Under the pieces are notes generated by a model that was not told the DNA's origin, ran no database searches, and was given only the letters and a program-made list of their open reading frames with translations. This document shows positions 31,696 through 42,711 of a stretch of 64,000 nucleotides of DNA, piece after piece (positions within the stretch are counted from its first letter, which is position 1; every line of letters starts with the position of its first letter). A program made the position numbers and the translations under genes. This DNA is from a virus, in the UHGV virus genome UHGV-0057547. One strand, written 5' to 3'.

Positions 31696-32467
31696 TTTTT
31701 GGAATGGTAGCTTTTATTTCAACAATGTATATTCTGAAACTTTCAATGTTGTAATAATTGATTTTGATAGTTCGGATAGACTAAAACAAATAGGAAGTAC
31801 AATTAATATAGAATTAAATGAAGAAAATACACTTAATGGGAAAAAGAGTTATATTGAAGGAACTCGCACTTCTGAAAATATAGTCTTACAATTAATGAAA
31901 AAAGATGGTGACATATGGAGTGATGGAGATATAATCAATGTATACAATTGGTTATTTCAAAAAGATTTTAAAAAATTCCAAACAGTAGATTATTCTAGTG
32001 GATATAATCTATGTTATTATTTGAAAGCAGTAAGTTTTTCAAAATTTTTAACTCCTGATTTTAGGGGTTATTTAGAAGTAGAATTTATGAGTTATGCTCC
32101 TTATTGTTATTCTATACCAACAAATAGGCTTAATTTGAAAGCTAGTGGTCAATCAGGTGTTTTATTTAATTATAGTAATCTATATGAAACATATAAGCCA
32201 AAAATTAATGTAACAGCCTCAAATAGTGATAGTATTAAAATATTAAATAATACAAATGGTACTTTTGTAGAATTAAGTGGATTAAACAGTGGAGAAATGG
32301 TTACAATAGATTGTGCTATGGGAACTGTAATAAACAGTGGTGGAGCTAATAGATTTGAAACATTAAAAAATTATAATTTATTAGAATTAGATAAAGGAAA
32401 TAACAATATAACACTTACTGGAAGTGCAAATATAGAATTTATTTGCGAATTTCCTGTAATTATATAG
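31685..32467 (+). CDS. Putative distal tail protein (Dit-like)
   Basis: Position immediately downstream of the TMP gene. About 260 aa. Confidence 0.35.
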   Translation: MASSFWNGSFYFNNVYSETFNVVIIDFDSSDRLKQIGSTINIELNEENTLNGKKSYIEGTRTSENIVLQLMKKDGDIWSDGDIINVYNWLFQKDFKKFQTVDYSSGYNLCYYLKAVSFSKFLTPDFRGYLEVEFMSYAPYCYSIPTNRLNLKASGQSGVLFNYSNLYETYKPKINVTASNSDSIKILNNTNGTFVELSGLNSGEMVTIDCAMGTVINSGGANRFETLKNYNLLELDKGNNNITLTGSANIEFICEFPVII

Positions 32468-32478
32468 TAGGTGATTAA

Positions 32479-34164
32479 ATGAAAATAAGAGGTGCTAAAG
32501 ATTCATACAATTTAATATTAAGCAAAATGAATGGAAAAAAATTAGGTATTATACCTTGTTCCATTATAGAAAGTATGCAAAAAGGTGTTAAAACTGTTAG
32601 TGAATTTACATTTTCAGTTAATAAATATTATGGTGAAAATAATGAAATAAATCCCTTGTATGATGAACTTAAAACAGAAAGATTTATATTTTTAGATGAA
32701 GATGAATGTTATGTAATAAAAAATATAAGTGAAGAAAATGAGAAGAAAAAAACCATAACAGCTTATTCAAGAGAAAAAAAATTATTTAAAAATATAGCAG
32801 AATTTGAGGATATTACACTAACATTAAAAACTCCATATGCTGATATAGAAGGTTGCTTTAGCTTAGATGAATTGTTATATGATGCAACTGGTTGGCATGT
32901 TGGATATGTAAGTCCTAAAGTTTTATATAAATCAAAAGAAACAATATTAGACAATGTCACAGGTGAAATAATAGTAGAATTGACAAAAGAAGAAAAATTA
33001 AGATACCAAGAAAGTGTATCGTCAAATTGGTATGATTTTATTAATGATGATATATCAGAACAATTTGAATGTTTTCCTGTATTTAATAGCTATGATAAAA
33101 CAGTTGACTTATATGATGACGAAGAATTAGGTGATGACCCTAATTTAATATTATCTTATGATAATTATCTTAAGAGTATGGAAAAAGAAGATGACACAGA
33201 AGATATTACAACTGTATTAACATTATCAGGAAATGATGATTTAACTATAAGTGAAGTTAATCCTAGTGGTGATACTTATGTAGAAAATTTTTCATATTTT
33301 ATAGAAAATGAAGAAATGAGTACTGAATTAATAAATGCATTAAATAAATATTATCAAATGGTAAATGTAAGAGCAGTAACATGGAATCAATTGAGAACAG
33401 AAAAAGAAGAAAAAACTGCCACATTAACACAGAAGAAAAATAGATTATTAATAGTTTATGCACAAATGAAATCCATTGAGTTTACTATAGAACAAACTAC
33501 TGATGAAAAATTTAAAGCTCAACAACAAGAAAGATTAGTAAAGCTAAATGATGAAAAAGTATTATTAGAAAAAGAAGTAACAGAATTAGATGAGAACATT
33601 AGAAATATAGATGCTTCAATAGATAATATAAATAAATTATGTAAGAAAAAATATGCAACTGATGAAAATGGCGTATTGATATTTACCGAAAGTTTATTAA
33701 ATGAATTAAAAGATTTTATATATCAAGATACTTATAGCAATGATTCTATTACAGATGGTTTAACCTTAATGAGAATAGGTAAAAAACAATTAAAAGAAAG
33801 TTGTTATCCTACTAAAACTTGGACTATTGATTCTGTTAATTTTATTGAAAAATTAATTGATAATGGTTTTAGACAACATTGGAATGGAGAATTAGGCTTA
33901 GGAGATATGATAGTATTAAAAGGTGAAACAACTATTGAAGTTGTATATTTAATAAATTATACACAAAATTTTAAAGATAAAACAATTGAGTTACAATTAT
34001 CTAATAAAAAAGATGAGAATACATTTTCACTATCAATAGGTGAAAGATTAACACAAGGTAAAGAGGCTTATGAAATAGCTAAGAAAAGTAGAAGTACTAT
34101 TAATAGAGTAAATAAGAATAGAGTAGGACTTAATTATGACAAGATTAATAAAAAAATTTTATAG
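32479..34164 (+). CDS. Putative tail-associated protein (Tal-like)
   Basis: 561-aa ORF following the Dit-like gene, with a coiled-coil segment. Confidence 0.35.
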   Translation: MKIRGAKDSYNLILSKMNGKKLGIIPCSIIESMQKGVKTVSEFTFSVNKYYGENNEINPLYDELKTERFIFLDEDECYVIKNISEENEKKKTITAYSREKKLFKNIAEFEDITLTLKTPYADIEGCFSLDELLYDATGWHVGYVSPKVLYKSKETILDNVTGEIIVELTKEEKLRYQESVSSNWYDFINDDISEQFECFPVFNSYDKTVDLYDDEELGDDPNLILSYDNYLKSMEKEDDTEDITTVLTLSGNDDLTISEVNPSGDTYVENFSYFIENEEMSTELINALNKYYQMVNVRAVTWNQLRTEKEEKTATLTQKKNRLLIVYAQMKSIEFTIEQTTDEKFKAQQQERLVKLNDEKVLLEKEVTELDENIRNIDASIDNINKLCKKKYATDENGVLIFTESLLNELKDFIYQDTYSNDSITDGLTLMRIGKKQLKESCYPTKTWTIDSVNFIEKLIDNGFRQHWNGELGLGDMIVLKGETTIEVVYLINYTQNFKDKTIELQLSNKKDENTFSLSIGERLTQGKEAYEIAKKSRSTINRVNKNRVGLNYDKINKKIL

Positions 34165-34179
34165 GAAGGAGTTGGTTTA

Positions 34180-37100
34180 ATGTTATTACCTAACATTCCT
34201 GCAACGACATATATATCTTGGACTGGATTAGTAATAATTGATAAATCAGATAATACACCATACATAGTAAATGATGGTAAATCTTGTATGAAGTATATAT
34301 ATTGGGATATGAATGATAATCCATATGTTTTAAAAGAAAGCAATGAATGGATAAAAGAAACAGCAACTAAAAAAATGATATATATAAATGAAAATGGTAT
34401 AGGAACACAAGTTCCCCATGACGATTATGATATTTATTATAATGATACTGGTAATGGAGCTTCTTCTAAATTAACAGGTGAAGCATTAGGTAAATATGAT
34501 GAATTAAATGGAAAATATATGACAATAAAAGAAGATGTAGATGGAATTAAACAAGTATTAGGTTCTACTGAAAGTGGTTCAGGTTCTTTGGTCGAAAGAG
34601 TTAATAAAATAGAAAAAACAGCTGAAGAAACTAAAGAAACAATATCTACTGTTGAAAAAAACTTTAGTAATAACAAAGAATTAGAAGAATTAAGAAATAA
34701 TATAAATGTTTCAATGATAAATCTAGGTGAAACATTGGCTCAATACGAAGAATTAATAACAAAAGTATCAGAAGATATGGAAATTTCATCTGATGAAAAA
34801 ATAGACATATCAGCTATACAGAATCAATTACTAGATGATTATACTGTTATGTCACAATATCATCAAGTTTTAATTGAGAGATTAAAGAATTCAGAGGAAG
34901 ATAATACTGAGACAATAAATAATTTAAATAAAAATTTAGATGCATTAAATACTTCTATTAATAATTTAAACTCATTAGTTAATGATTCTATAAGTGATAA
35001 CACAATAGTCCCTAGTGAAATTACTGTTATGTTAAATGCAATAGCTAATGTATCTGTAAAAAATACTCAATATAAAAATGCAGTATCAGATGCAATACTA
35101 TTAGGTATAGGTGGTAAATTAGTAGAAAGTATTTTAGACATAAGAAAAACTTCTAATAATTTTAGTCAAACAATATCTAAAATGGAAGAAGATATTGATG
35201 GTAAAACTGGTTTAAAAGTTTTAGTTCAAAAAAATGCTACTGCAATTAAACAAACTGCTGATAATTTAATTTTGAATTATGTTAAGTACAATCAAACCAC
35301 TTCTCAATTAACTATTGGAGATAATGTAATTAAATTAGATGCTGGAAAAGTATTAATGACAGGAACATTAACTTGGGATAGCTTAGACGATTCAGCTAAA
35401 AAGAATTTAAAAGGTGAAGCAGGTTCTGCTCAATATGTAATGTTAGTTGGCGACCAAATATTTAAATATGATAAAGATGGAAATCCTAATGTTTCATCAA
35501 TAACTTTAAATGTTCAAGTATCCAATATACAAAATCCTGTATTCGACTGGTATTATAGAGATGCTAAAGTAACTAATGAATGGACAAATATACCTAGCAA
35601 TTCTAACTTAAGTTCATTTATATTAAAACATGATGACCCAATATGGGGAAATAATTCAAATTCTATCACTATAAAAGTAGTATGTGGTGAATATACTGAT
35701 GAAATGACTATTGTAAAATTGCATGATGGTGTAGTTGGTCAAGATGCTAAATCAGTATCAATTAATGGTAATCAATTATTTAGATATAAAGGTGGTTTTA
35801 CAGAAACTCCAAATCCAACTTCAATTACATTAACAGCTACTAGAAATAATATATCTGCTGATAGAACTTCAAGATGGTATTATAGAGTTTCTGAAAATGA
35901 TGATTGGACTGAAATAACTTCATCAAAAAATGCAAATACTTTAATAGTAAATCATGATAGCTATTTTGGTGATTCAAAAATATTAATGATAAGATATGAG
36001 ATAGACACTTATTATGATATTATGACATTAGCAAAAATTACTGATGGTTCAGATGGATATGCAGTGTTATTAACCAATGAAAATCATAGTGTTCCTTGTG
36101 ATGAAAATGGTAACTATACATTTGAAGCTATAAGTACTGCTTATACTTATGTAAAAGTTTATAAAGGATTATCTGAAATTACTTCATTTAACCTAGAGAG
36201 AATAGATGATGGTTGTACTTCTGTTTATAGTAGTGCAACAAGAAGATTAGATGTAACTTCATTATCTAAAAATATAGCTACTGTTACATTAAATATAACA
36301 GTAGATAAAAATACTTTCCAAAAAGTAATGACTATAACTAAATCAATAAAAGGGGAAAAAGGTGAAGAGGGTACAGGTGTTAATATAATTGGTAAATTAG
36401 AAAATAAAGACCAATTACCTACAACTGGTAAACCTGGAGATGCTTATGTTATAGACGGTTTATTATATGTTTGGTTAGAAGAAAATAATGGTTGGTCAGA
36501 TGGAGTACCTTTTAGAGGAGAACAAGGTATACCAGGTAAGAATGGTACTGACGGAAGAACTACTTATTTACATATAAAATACAGTAATGATGGCAAAACA
36601 TTTACAAATAACAACGGAGAAGACACTGGAGATTGGATAGGACAATATACAGATTATGTTGAAGCTGATTCAACTAATTTTGCTGATTATAAATGGAAAA
36701 AGATAAAAGGTGAAGATGGAGAAAAGGGTATAGTTGCAAATTTAACTAATGACACTCACATAGTACCTATTGAACCTGATGGTACTTTTGGAGAAGACTC
36801 TTTTAAAGATTGTTCTGCTAAGATAACTTTATCTTATGTTGGACAAGAATTAATTAATGGAGTTTCATATAGTGCTAAACCTAATAGTGATATAGAAGGT
36901 ACTTTAGATACAAAAACAGGAACTTATACAGTTACAAATTGGACAGGTGAAGCAAAAGGTACTTATGTTGATTTAATAGCTACTTATGATGGAGTATCAT
37001 ATACAAAAAGATTTTCAATCAATAGAGCAAAAAATCCTTTAGATGCATATACTGTTGTATTAACAAATGAAGCACATGTTTTTCCTGGTGATATTTCTAA

Positions 37101-40100
37101 TGCTTTAGCAAGTTTTACTACTTGTAATGTCTTAGTATATAGAGGAGACCAATTAGTTAAAGCTACTATTGGAACAATAGAAAATATACCTAAAGGAATG
37201 ACAATCACTATTGATAATAACAATACAATTACTCCTACTATGAATATAAATGTTAATACTAACTTAACTGAAAATGGTGAATTAAGTATACCTATTACAG
37301 TTGGATTATTAAAATTTACTAAAACATTTACTTATTCAATATCCTTTAAGGGTATGCAAGGAATTCCAGGTACTCCTGGTAAAGATGGTAAAGATGGGAA
37401 TTCAGTAAGAGTATTGGGAAGATATGATAGTAAAGAACAATTAGATTCTGCTCATCCTACTGGAAATGAAAATGGTGACGGATATATAATTAATAAAGAT
37501 TTATGGGTATGGACAGAAGATAAATTTATAAATGTTGGTCAGTTCCAAGGTGAAGATGGTACTTCTGCTTATGTACATATTAGATATTCTAATGACGGAG
37601 TAACCTTTACTGGTAGTGATGGTGAAGAAGTTGGTACTTGGATGGGTATGTATGTAGATAATATTGAAACAGATTCAACAGTGTTTTCAAAATATAAATG
37701 GAAAAAAATAGAAGGTTCAGATGCTAGATTATTATCACTATCTGCAAGTAGACAAACAATAGCTTTTAATAGCGATAATACATTAAAAGATAATTCTGAA
37801 ATAGTATTAACAGTTAATCAACAAAATTTTAATGATATTATAACATGGTCTACTTCACCAAATGTAGAATTAGGTAGTAGTGGTAATAATAGAACATTAA
37901 ATCCAACAATCTTTACAGATAATAACCAAATAAAAATAACAGTAACTGGTGGAGGTTTAACCGATAGTATTACAATAGTAAAAGTATTAGATGGACAAAA
38001 GGGTTCAGATGGTACTTCAGTTAAAATATTAGATTCTTATAATAGTAAAGAAGAATTAGACCAAGCTCATCCTAATGGAAATGAAAATGGTGACGGATAT
38101 ATAATTGATAAAGACTTATGGGTATGGAATGGTAATGAATTTATAAACGTTGGTCAAATAAAAGGAAATGATGGGCAAGATGGTCAAAATGGTTTAAATG
38201 GTACTTCTGCTTATGTACATATAAAATATTCTAACGATGGTGGTACAACATTCACTAATAATAATGGTGAAGACCCTGGTGATTATATGGGTGTATATAC
38301 AGATGAAATTAAAGCAGATAGTACAAATCCTTCTGATTACACTTGGAGTTTGACTAAAGGTAATGATGGTTGGGATGCTTATACTGTCTTACTAACAAAT
38401 GAATCTCATACATTTGCAGGTAATTCATCAACTGCTTTAGTTGGTTCTGCAAATTGTGGTATTATAGGTTACAAAGGTGGTACTCAAGTAGCTACAACAA
38501 TAGGTAATATTACAGGAATGCCAAATGGTATGAGTGTATCAATAACAAATAATGGTACGACAAATACTTATTTTATAGTTACAGTATCTAATAGTATGTC
38601 AACAAGAAATGGTACGTTAACAATTCCTATTACAGTTGATGGAATAACATTTACAAAAAAATTTACTTACGCTTTATCATTAAAAGGTGAAGATGGTACA
38701 GATGGTACTAATGGTTCAGATGCTAGATTGCTATCATTATCTGCAAATAGACAAGCAATAGCATTTGATAAAAATAATTCTCCTAAAGATTCAACAGTTA
38801 TAACTTTAACTGCTAATCAACAAAATTTTAATGATACTATAACATGGTCTACAAGTCCAAATGTTACTTTAAATGGTGAAGGAAACACAAGAACCTTATC
38901 AGTTAATGATTTTACTAATAATTTAAAAATATCTATTACTATTAAAGCAGGTGACTTAAGTGATACTATAACATTAGTTAAAGTAATTGATGGTGTAGAT
39001 GGGATAGATGGTTCTGATGGAACTGATGGTGTAGATGGATGTACTATTAACTTAACTAATGATAATCATAGCTTCGTAGCTAACGCAGAAGGACAAATTG
39101 AAATGCAACAAGCTGTCACTACAACAGTTATATCTTATAAAGGTAGTGAGATTGTAACACCTAGTTTTGGCACAATGCCAACTGTTAATGGTTTAAAAAT
39201 CACAAGAGATGGATTAACTATAACAATAGTTGCTTTGGTTGGAAGTACACTTGCTTCAAATGGCTCATTTAATATTCCTGTAATAATTGATGGAATAACT
39301 TTTAATAAAGCATTTAGCTATAGTAAAGTAAAATGTGGTGATGATGGAGCAGATGGATATACCATAATATTAACTAATGAAAACCATACATTTCCTTGTG
39401 AAAATAATGGAACTATAGAAACAGCTATTACTACAACAACACAAGTAAAAGTTTACCAAGGTACTAAAGAAATAACACCTACTATTGGTACTTTACCTAC
39501 TGTAGATGGATTAACATTGACTAAAAATGGAACAACTATAACTATTACGGCTATAACAGGTGACAAATTGGCTTCATCAGGTAATTTTAGTGTTCCGATT
39601 GTAATTAATGATGTTACTTATTATAAGGTATTTAGTTGGGCAAAAGCATTTAAAGGTAATGCAGGTCAAGATGGTAAAGCAGATTTACCAACTTGGATTA
39701 CTGAATGGGATACTGGTAAGACAACAATTAATGGTTCAACTGTATTAACTCCTAAAATATTTGCAGGTACAGTTAGTAATGGATTACCAACTGGTGTTGC
39801 TATGGGTAAAAATGTATTCGGAACTAGTGGTAGTTATAGTGGTGTTAATGGTATAGTTGGATATAAGAGTGGTACTAAAACTTATGAATTTAATACTAAT
39901 GGAGAAGTATTAATAGGTAATAAAAATGCTTCACATATTAGTTGGGATGGTAGTAATTTAGAAATAGTAAGTGGTAGTAGTCCAGTTGCTAGTAAATCTG
40001 ATATTGATAAAGTAAATCAAAAGATTAATGAAATAAAAGAAAATGTAGATGATTATACAATAGTTATAACTAAAGATACAATAGTAACTAAATGTGATAT

Positions 40101-40122
40101 AAATGGAAATATAATAGATTAA
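34180..40122 (+). CDS. Tail fibre protein with collagen-like G-X-Y stretches and a triplicated module of about 330 aa
   Basis: GIPGKNGTDG, GIPGTPGKDGKDG and GQDGQNGLNG. The repeated blocks are GEDGTSAYVHIRYSNDG.TFT...YKWKKI.G and DGY.V.LTNE.H.F. Confidence 0.55.
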   Translation: MLLPNIPATTYISWTGLVIIDKSDNTPYIVNDGKSCMKYIYWDMNDNPYVLKESNEWIKETATKKMIYINENGIGTQVPHDDYDIYYNDTGNGASSKLTGEALGKYDELNGKYMTIKEDVDGIKQVLGSTESGSGSLVERVNKIEKTAEETKETISTVEKNFSNNKELEELRNNINVSMINLGETLAQYEELITKVSEDMEISSDEKIDISAIQNQLLDDYTVMSQYHQVLIERLKNSEEDNTETINNLNKNLDALNTSINNLNSLVNDSISDNTIVPSEITVMLNAIANVSVKNTQYKNAVSDAILLGIGGKLVESILDIRKTSNNFSQTISKMEEDIDGKTGLKVLVQKNATAIKQTADNLILNYVKYNQTTSQLTIGDNVIKLDAGKVLMTGTLTWDSLDDSAKKNLKGEAGSAQYVMLVGDQIFKYDKDGNPNVSSITLNVQVSNIQNPVFDWYYRDAKVTNEWTNIPSNSNLSSFILKHDDPIWGNNSNSITIKVVCGEYTDEMTIVKLHDGVVGQDAKSVSINGNQLFRYKGGFTETPNPTSITLTATRNNISADRTSRWYYRVSENDDWTEITSSKNANTLIVNHDSYFGDSKILMIRYEIDTYYDIMTLAKITDGSDGYAVLLTNENHSVPCDENGNYTFEAISTAYTYVKVYKGLSEITSFNLERIDDGCTSVYSSATRRLDVTSLSKNIATVTLNITVDKNTFQKVMTITKSIKGEKGEEGTGVNIIGKLENKDQLPTTGKPGDAYVIDGLLYVWLEENNGWSDGVPFRGEQGIPGKNGTDGRTTYLHIKYSNDGKTFTNNNGEDTGDWIGQYTDYVEADSTNFADYKWKKIKGEDGEKGIVANLTNDTHIVPIEPDGTFGEDSFKDCSAKITLSYVGQELINGVSYSAKPNSDIEGTLDTKTGTYTVTNWTGEAKGTYVDLIATYDGVSYTKRFSINRAKNPLDAYTVVLTNEAHVFPGDISNALASFTTCNVLVYRGDQLVKATIGTIENIPKGMTITIDNNNTITPTMNINVNTNLTENGELSIPITVGLLKFTKTFTYSISFKGMQGIPGTPGKDGKDGNSVRVLGRYDSKEQLDSAHPTGNENGDGYIINKDLWVWTEDKFINVGQFQGEDGTSAYVHIRYSNDGVTFTGSDGEEVGTWMGMYVDNIETDSTVFSKYKWKKIEGSDARLLSLSASRQTIAFNSDNTLKDNSEIVLTVNQQNFNDIITWSTSPNVELGSSGNNRTLNPTIFTDNNQIKITVTGGGLTDSITIVKVLDGQKGSDGTSVKILDSYNSKEELDQAHPNGNENGDGYIIDKDLWVWNGNEFINVGQIKGNDGQDGQNGLNGTSAYVHIKYSNDGGTTFTNNNGEDPGDYMGVYTDEIKADSTNPSDYTWSLTKGNDGWDAYTVLLTNESHTFAGNSSTALVGSANCGIIGYKGGTQVATTIGNITGMPNGMSVSITNNGTTNTYFIVTVSNSMSTRNGTLTIPITVDGITFTKKFTYALSLKGEDGTDGTNGSDARLLSLSANRQAIAFDKNNSPKDSTVITLTANQQNFNDTITWSTSPNVTLNGEGNTRTLSVNDFTNNLKISITIKAGDLSDTITLVKVIDGVDGIDGSDGTDGVDGCTINLTNDNHSFVANAEGQIEMQQAVTTTVISYKGSEIVTPSFGTMPTVNGLKITRDGLTITIVALVGSTLASNGSFNIPVIIDGITFNKAFSYSKVKCGDDGADGYTIILTNENHTFPCENNGTIETAITTTTQVKVYQGTKEITPTIGTLPTVDGLTLTKNGTTITITAITGDKLASSGNFSVPIVINDVTYYKVFSWAKAFKGNAGQDGKADLPTWITEWDTGKTTINGSTVLTPKIFAGTVSNGLPTGVAMGKNVFGTSGSYSGVNGIVGYKSGTKTYEFNTNGEVLIGNKNASHISWDGSNLEIVSGSSPVASKSDIDKVNQKINEIKENVDDYTIVITKDTIVTKCDINGNIID

Positions 40123-40132
40123 GGAAGGTGAT

Positions 40133-42709
40133 ATGATGGCAAATCTTTCAATTATTGGTAGTCCTTCGACTACCAATAATAACCTTATAGTTAATTATAG
40201 TACGGATATTTCAGATATTACTAATATAGAAATTAGTAATAATGGAAGTAATTACATAAGTGCAACAACTTTTTCAAATAGTTCTGCAATTTTCGATGTA
40301 TCTAGTTGGAAAAATGGTACTTATAATTCATGTACTTTGAGAGTTACATATGGTAAAAATGGCGAAGAAACACAATTACTTATTAATAATATAGGAAATA
40401 TAACACAAACAGTAGGAAATTCATTCTATATTCAATATTCTACAAATAAAGCAGTAGTAAAACATGAAGTTTCATGGGATGGAGGAAACACATTCTATGA
40501 TAAAACAAGTGATGTAACATCTAGTGGTAATAATTATTCTTTTAAACACGATGATAAAACTAGTGCTGGAACTTATAGGATGGCTATAAGAGTTACAACT
40601 TCAAGTGGAGAAACAGTAACAAGTAATATATTTACTGTAACTATAAATTCAGGAGTATCAGTAGATACTTATTATACTGTTAAATATAACTTAAATAATG
40701 CTACTAGTTCTAATTCAAACACAACTGTTAAAAAGGGTTCTAGTTATTCTACAACTATCACTCCTACAAGTGGTTATAGAATAACTAAAATATATTGCGT
40801 AATGAATGGTGATGACATAAGTAATTCAACTGTTAATGGTAATAATATCAATATACCTAATGTTACAGGAGAAATTAATATTACTGTATATACAGAAGCA
40901 ACTGGTGGAAGTACAGATACTTATTATACTATAGCTTATAATTTAAATAATTCAGTAAGTAGCAATACTAGTACATCTATTAAAAAAGGCTCTAGTTATC
41001 ATACTGTTATTACTGCCAATGCAGGTCATAAAATAACTAGAATTCTATGTACAATGGGTGGTGTAAATATAATTGATAGAGATGGTACGAGTGGTGATAT
41101 CAGCATAGCCAATGTTTCAGGTGATATTACTATTTCTATTACAACAGAAGCAATTGGAGGAAGTACAGATACTTATTATACAATAAGATATTCTTTACAT
41201 GATGCTACTAGTTCTAATACAAGTACCTCTATTAAAAAAGGTTCTAGCTATTCTACTACTATTGCCCCTGAGAATGGTTATAGAATAACTCAAATATATT
41301 GTGTAATGGGTGGCACTGATATAAGTAGCTCAGCTGTTAATGGTAATAATGTCTACATAGGCAATGTTACAGGTGATGTGAGTATTTTAGTAAATACAGA
41401 AGCAACTGGTGGAAGTACAGATACTTATCCTGTAACTTATACTCTATTTGAATCAACAAGTACTAATTCAGCTACAACTGTTAAAAAAGGTTCTAGTTAT
41501 TCTACTACTGTTGCTCCAAAAAGTGGTTATAGAATAACTAAAATTTATTGTGTAATGGGTGGTACTGATGTAAGTAGTTCAACAGTTAGTGGAAACAATA
41601 TCAATATACCTAACGTTACTGGTGAAATTTATATTACAGTATATACAGAAGCGATTTCAGGCACTAAGGTTTATACAGTAACTAGAAATGTAACTAATTG
41701 TATATCAACAGGAAGTGATACTTTAGATACTTCAATAACTACAACATTCCAAAGCATAGTTGCACCTAATGAAGGATATACATTAAAAACTTTAACTGTA
41801 AGTATGGGTGGAGTTGATTATACTGATGGACTTGGTGTTATAACAGATGTGGAATGGGAAGGAAAATCTGCTAAACAAATAACTATTGAAAATGTACATG
41901 GAAATATAGTTATCAATGCAGTTGCTGAAAAAGAAACTACTAAACCTGATATACCTGATACACCAATTGTAGATGATACTTTAGAAATATTACCTTCATG
42001 CACATATATTGATATTGCTGAAGGTGGAAATAAAACAATATACTTTAAATTATCAAATAAACCTACATCAAGTACAACTATAAATATTACTTCATCATCT
42101 TCTTATTTGACACTTTCTACAAGTCAATTAACTTTTACTGCTGATAATTATCATATTGCTCAATCTGTAAACGTAACTTCTATTAGTGATAACAATAAAA
42201 CTGATGATGTATATAATATAACTGTATCAGCAAATGGCTTAACAAGTAAAACAATAACAGTAGATGTTATAGATAGTGCTAATAGTAATTTTGAAGTAAT
42301 TTATGACAATGGTACTTTAGTGGAAGGTGCTTCATTTACATTAAATAATGCAGTTAATTATGGAACTTATATAAGTACTAATCAAAATCAAGATGTTAGT
42401 GTTGCTATAAGTAATCATCCATTAAATCTTAATAAAAATGATAAAGTACACGTAGTTTTAGGATTAGGAACAAGTGACCCATCATCAATTTATTCTTTAC
42501 GTAGTTTGGTTTTAGGTGATGGTTCAGCTAATAACATAAGTAATTCTAACATGATTAATGAGGTGCAAATAAATGAAGCGTTATCTAGTGATGGTAAAGT
42601 AGATACTTATTGGACTATTGCTGGTAATTTATCAAATATAACATTGACATTCACATGTTATTTTGCACGAGTTAATATTTATAAAATTTATATAGAAAGA
42701 GGGAAATAA
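40133..42709 (+). CDS. Tail protein with five tandem Ig-like repeats of about 80 aa
   Basis: STDTYYT..Y.L....S.N....KKGSSY.T.I.P..GYRIT.IYCVMGG.D..... occurs five times. An N-terminal module is shared with the next gene. Confidence 0.5.
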   Translation: MMANLSIIGSPSTTNNNLIVNYSTDISDITNIEISNNGSNYISATTFSNSSAIFDVSSWKNGTYNSCTLRVTYGKNGEETQLLINNIGNITQTVGNSFYIQYSTNKAVVKHEVSWDGGNTFYDKTSDVTSSGNNYSFKHDDKTSAGTYRMAIRVTTSSGETVTSNIFTVTINSGVSVDTYYTVKYNLNNATSSNSNTTVKKGSSYSTTITPTSGYRITKIYCVMNGDDISNSTVNGNNINIPNVTGEINITVYTEATGGSTDTYYTIAYNLNNSVSSNTSTSIKKGSSYHTVITANAGHKITRILCTMGGVNIIDRDGTSGDISIANVSGDITISITTEAIGGSTDTYYTIRYSLHDATSSNTSTSIKKGSSYSTTIAPENGYRITQIYCVMGGTDISSSAVNGNNVYIGNVTGDVSILVNTEATGGSTDTYPVTYTLFESTSTNSATTVKKGSSYSTTVAPKSGYRITKIYCVMGGTDVSSSTVSGNNINIPNVTGEIYITVYTEAISGTKVYTVTRNVTNCISTGSDTLDTSITTTFQSIVAPNEGYTLKTLTVSMGGVDYTDGLGVITDVEWEGKSAKQITIENVHGNIVINAVAEKETTKPDIPDTPIVDDTLEILPSCTYIDIAEGGNKTIYFKLSNKPTSSTTINITSSSSYLTLSTSQLTFTADNYHIAQSVNVTSISDNNKTDDVYNITVSANGLTSKTITVDVIDSANSNFEVIYDNGTLVEGASFTLNNAVNYGTYISTNQNQDVSVAISNHPLNLNKNDKVHVVLGLGTSDPSSIYSLRSLVLGDGSANNISNSNMINEVQINEALSSDGKVDTYWTIAGNLSNITLTFTCYFARVNIYKIYIERGK
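40640..41650 (+). repeat. Five tandem coding repeats of about 240 nt (Ig-like)
   Basis: The repeated motif is GGSTDTYYT...KKGSSYSTT..P..GYRIT.IYCVMGG. Confidence 0.55.
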
Positions 42710-42711
42710 GT

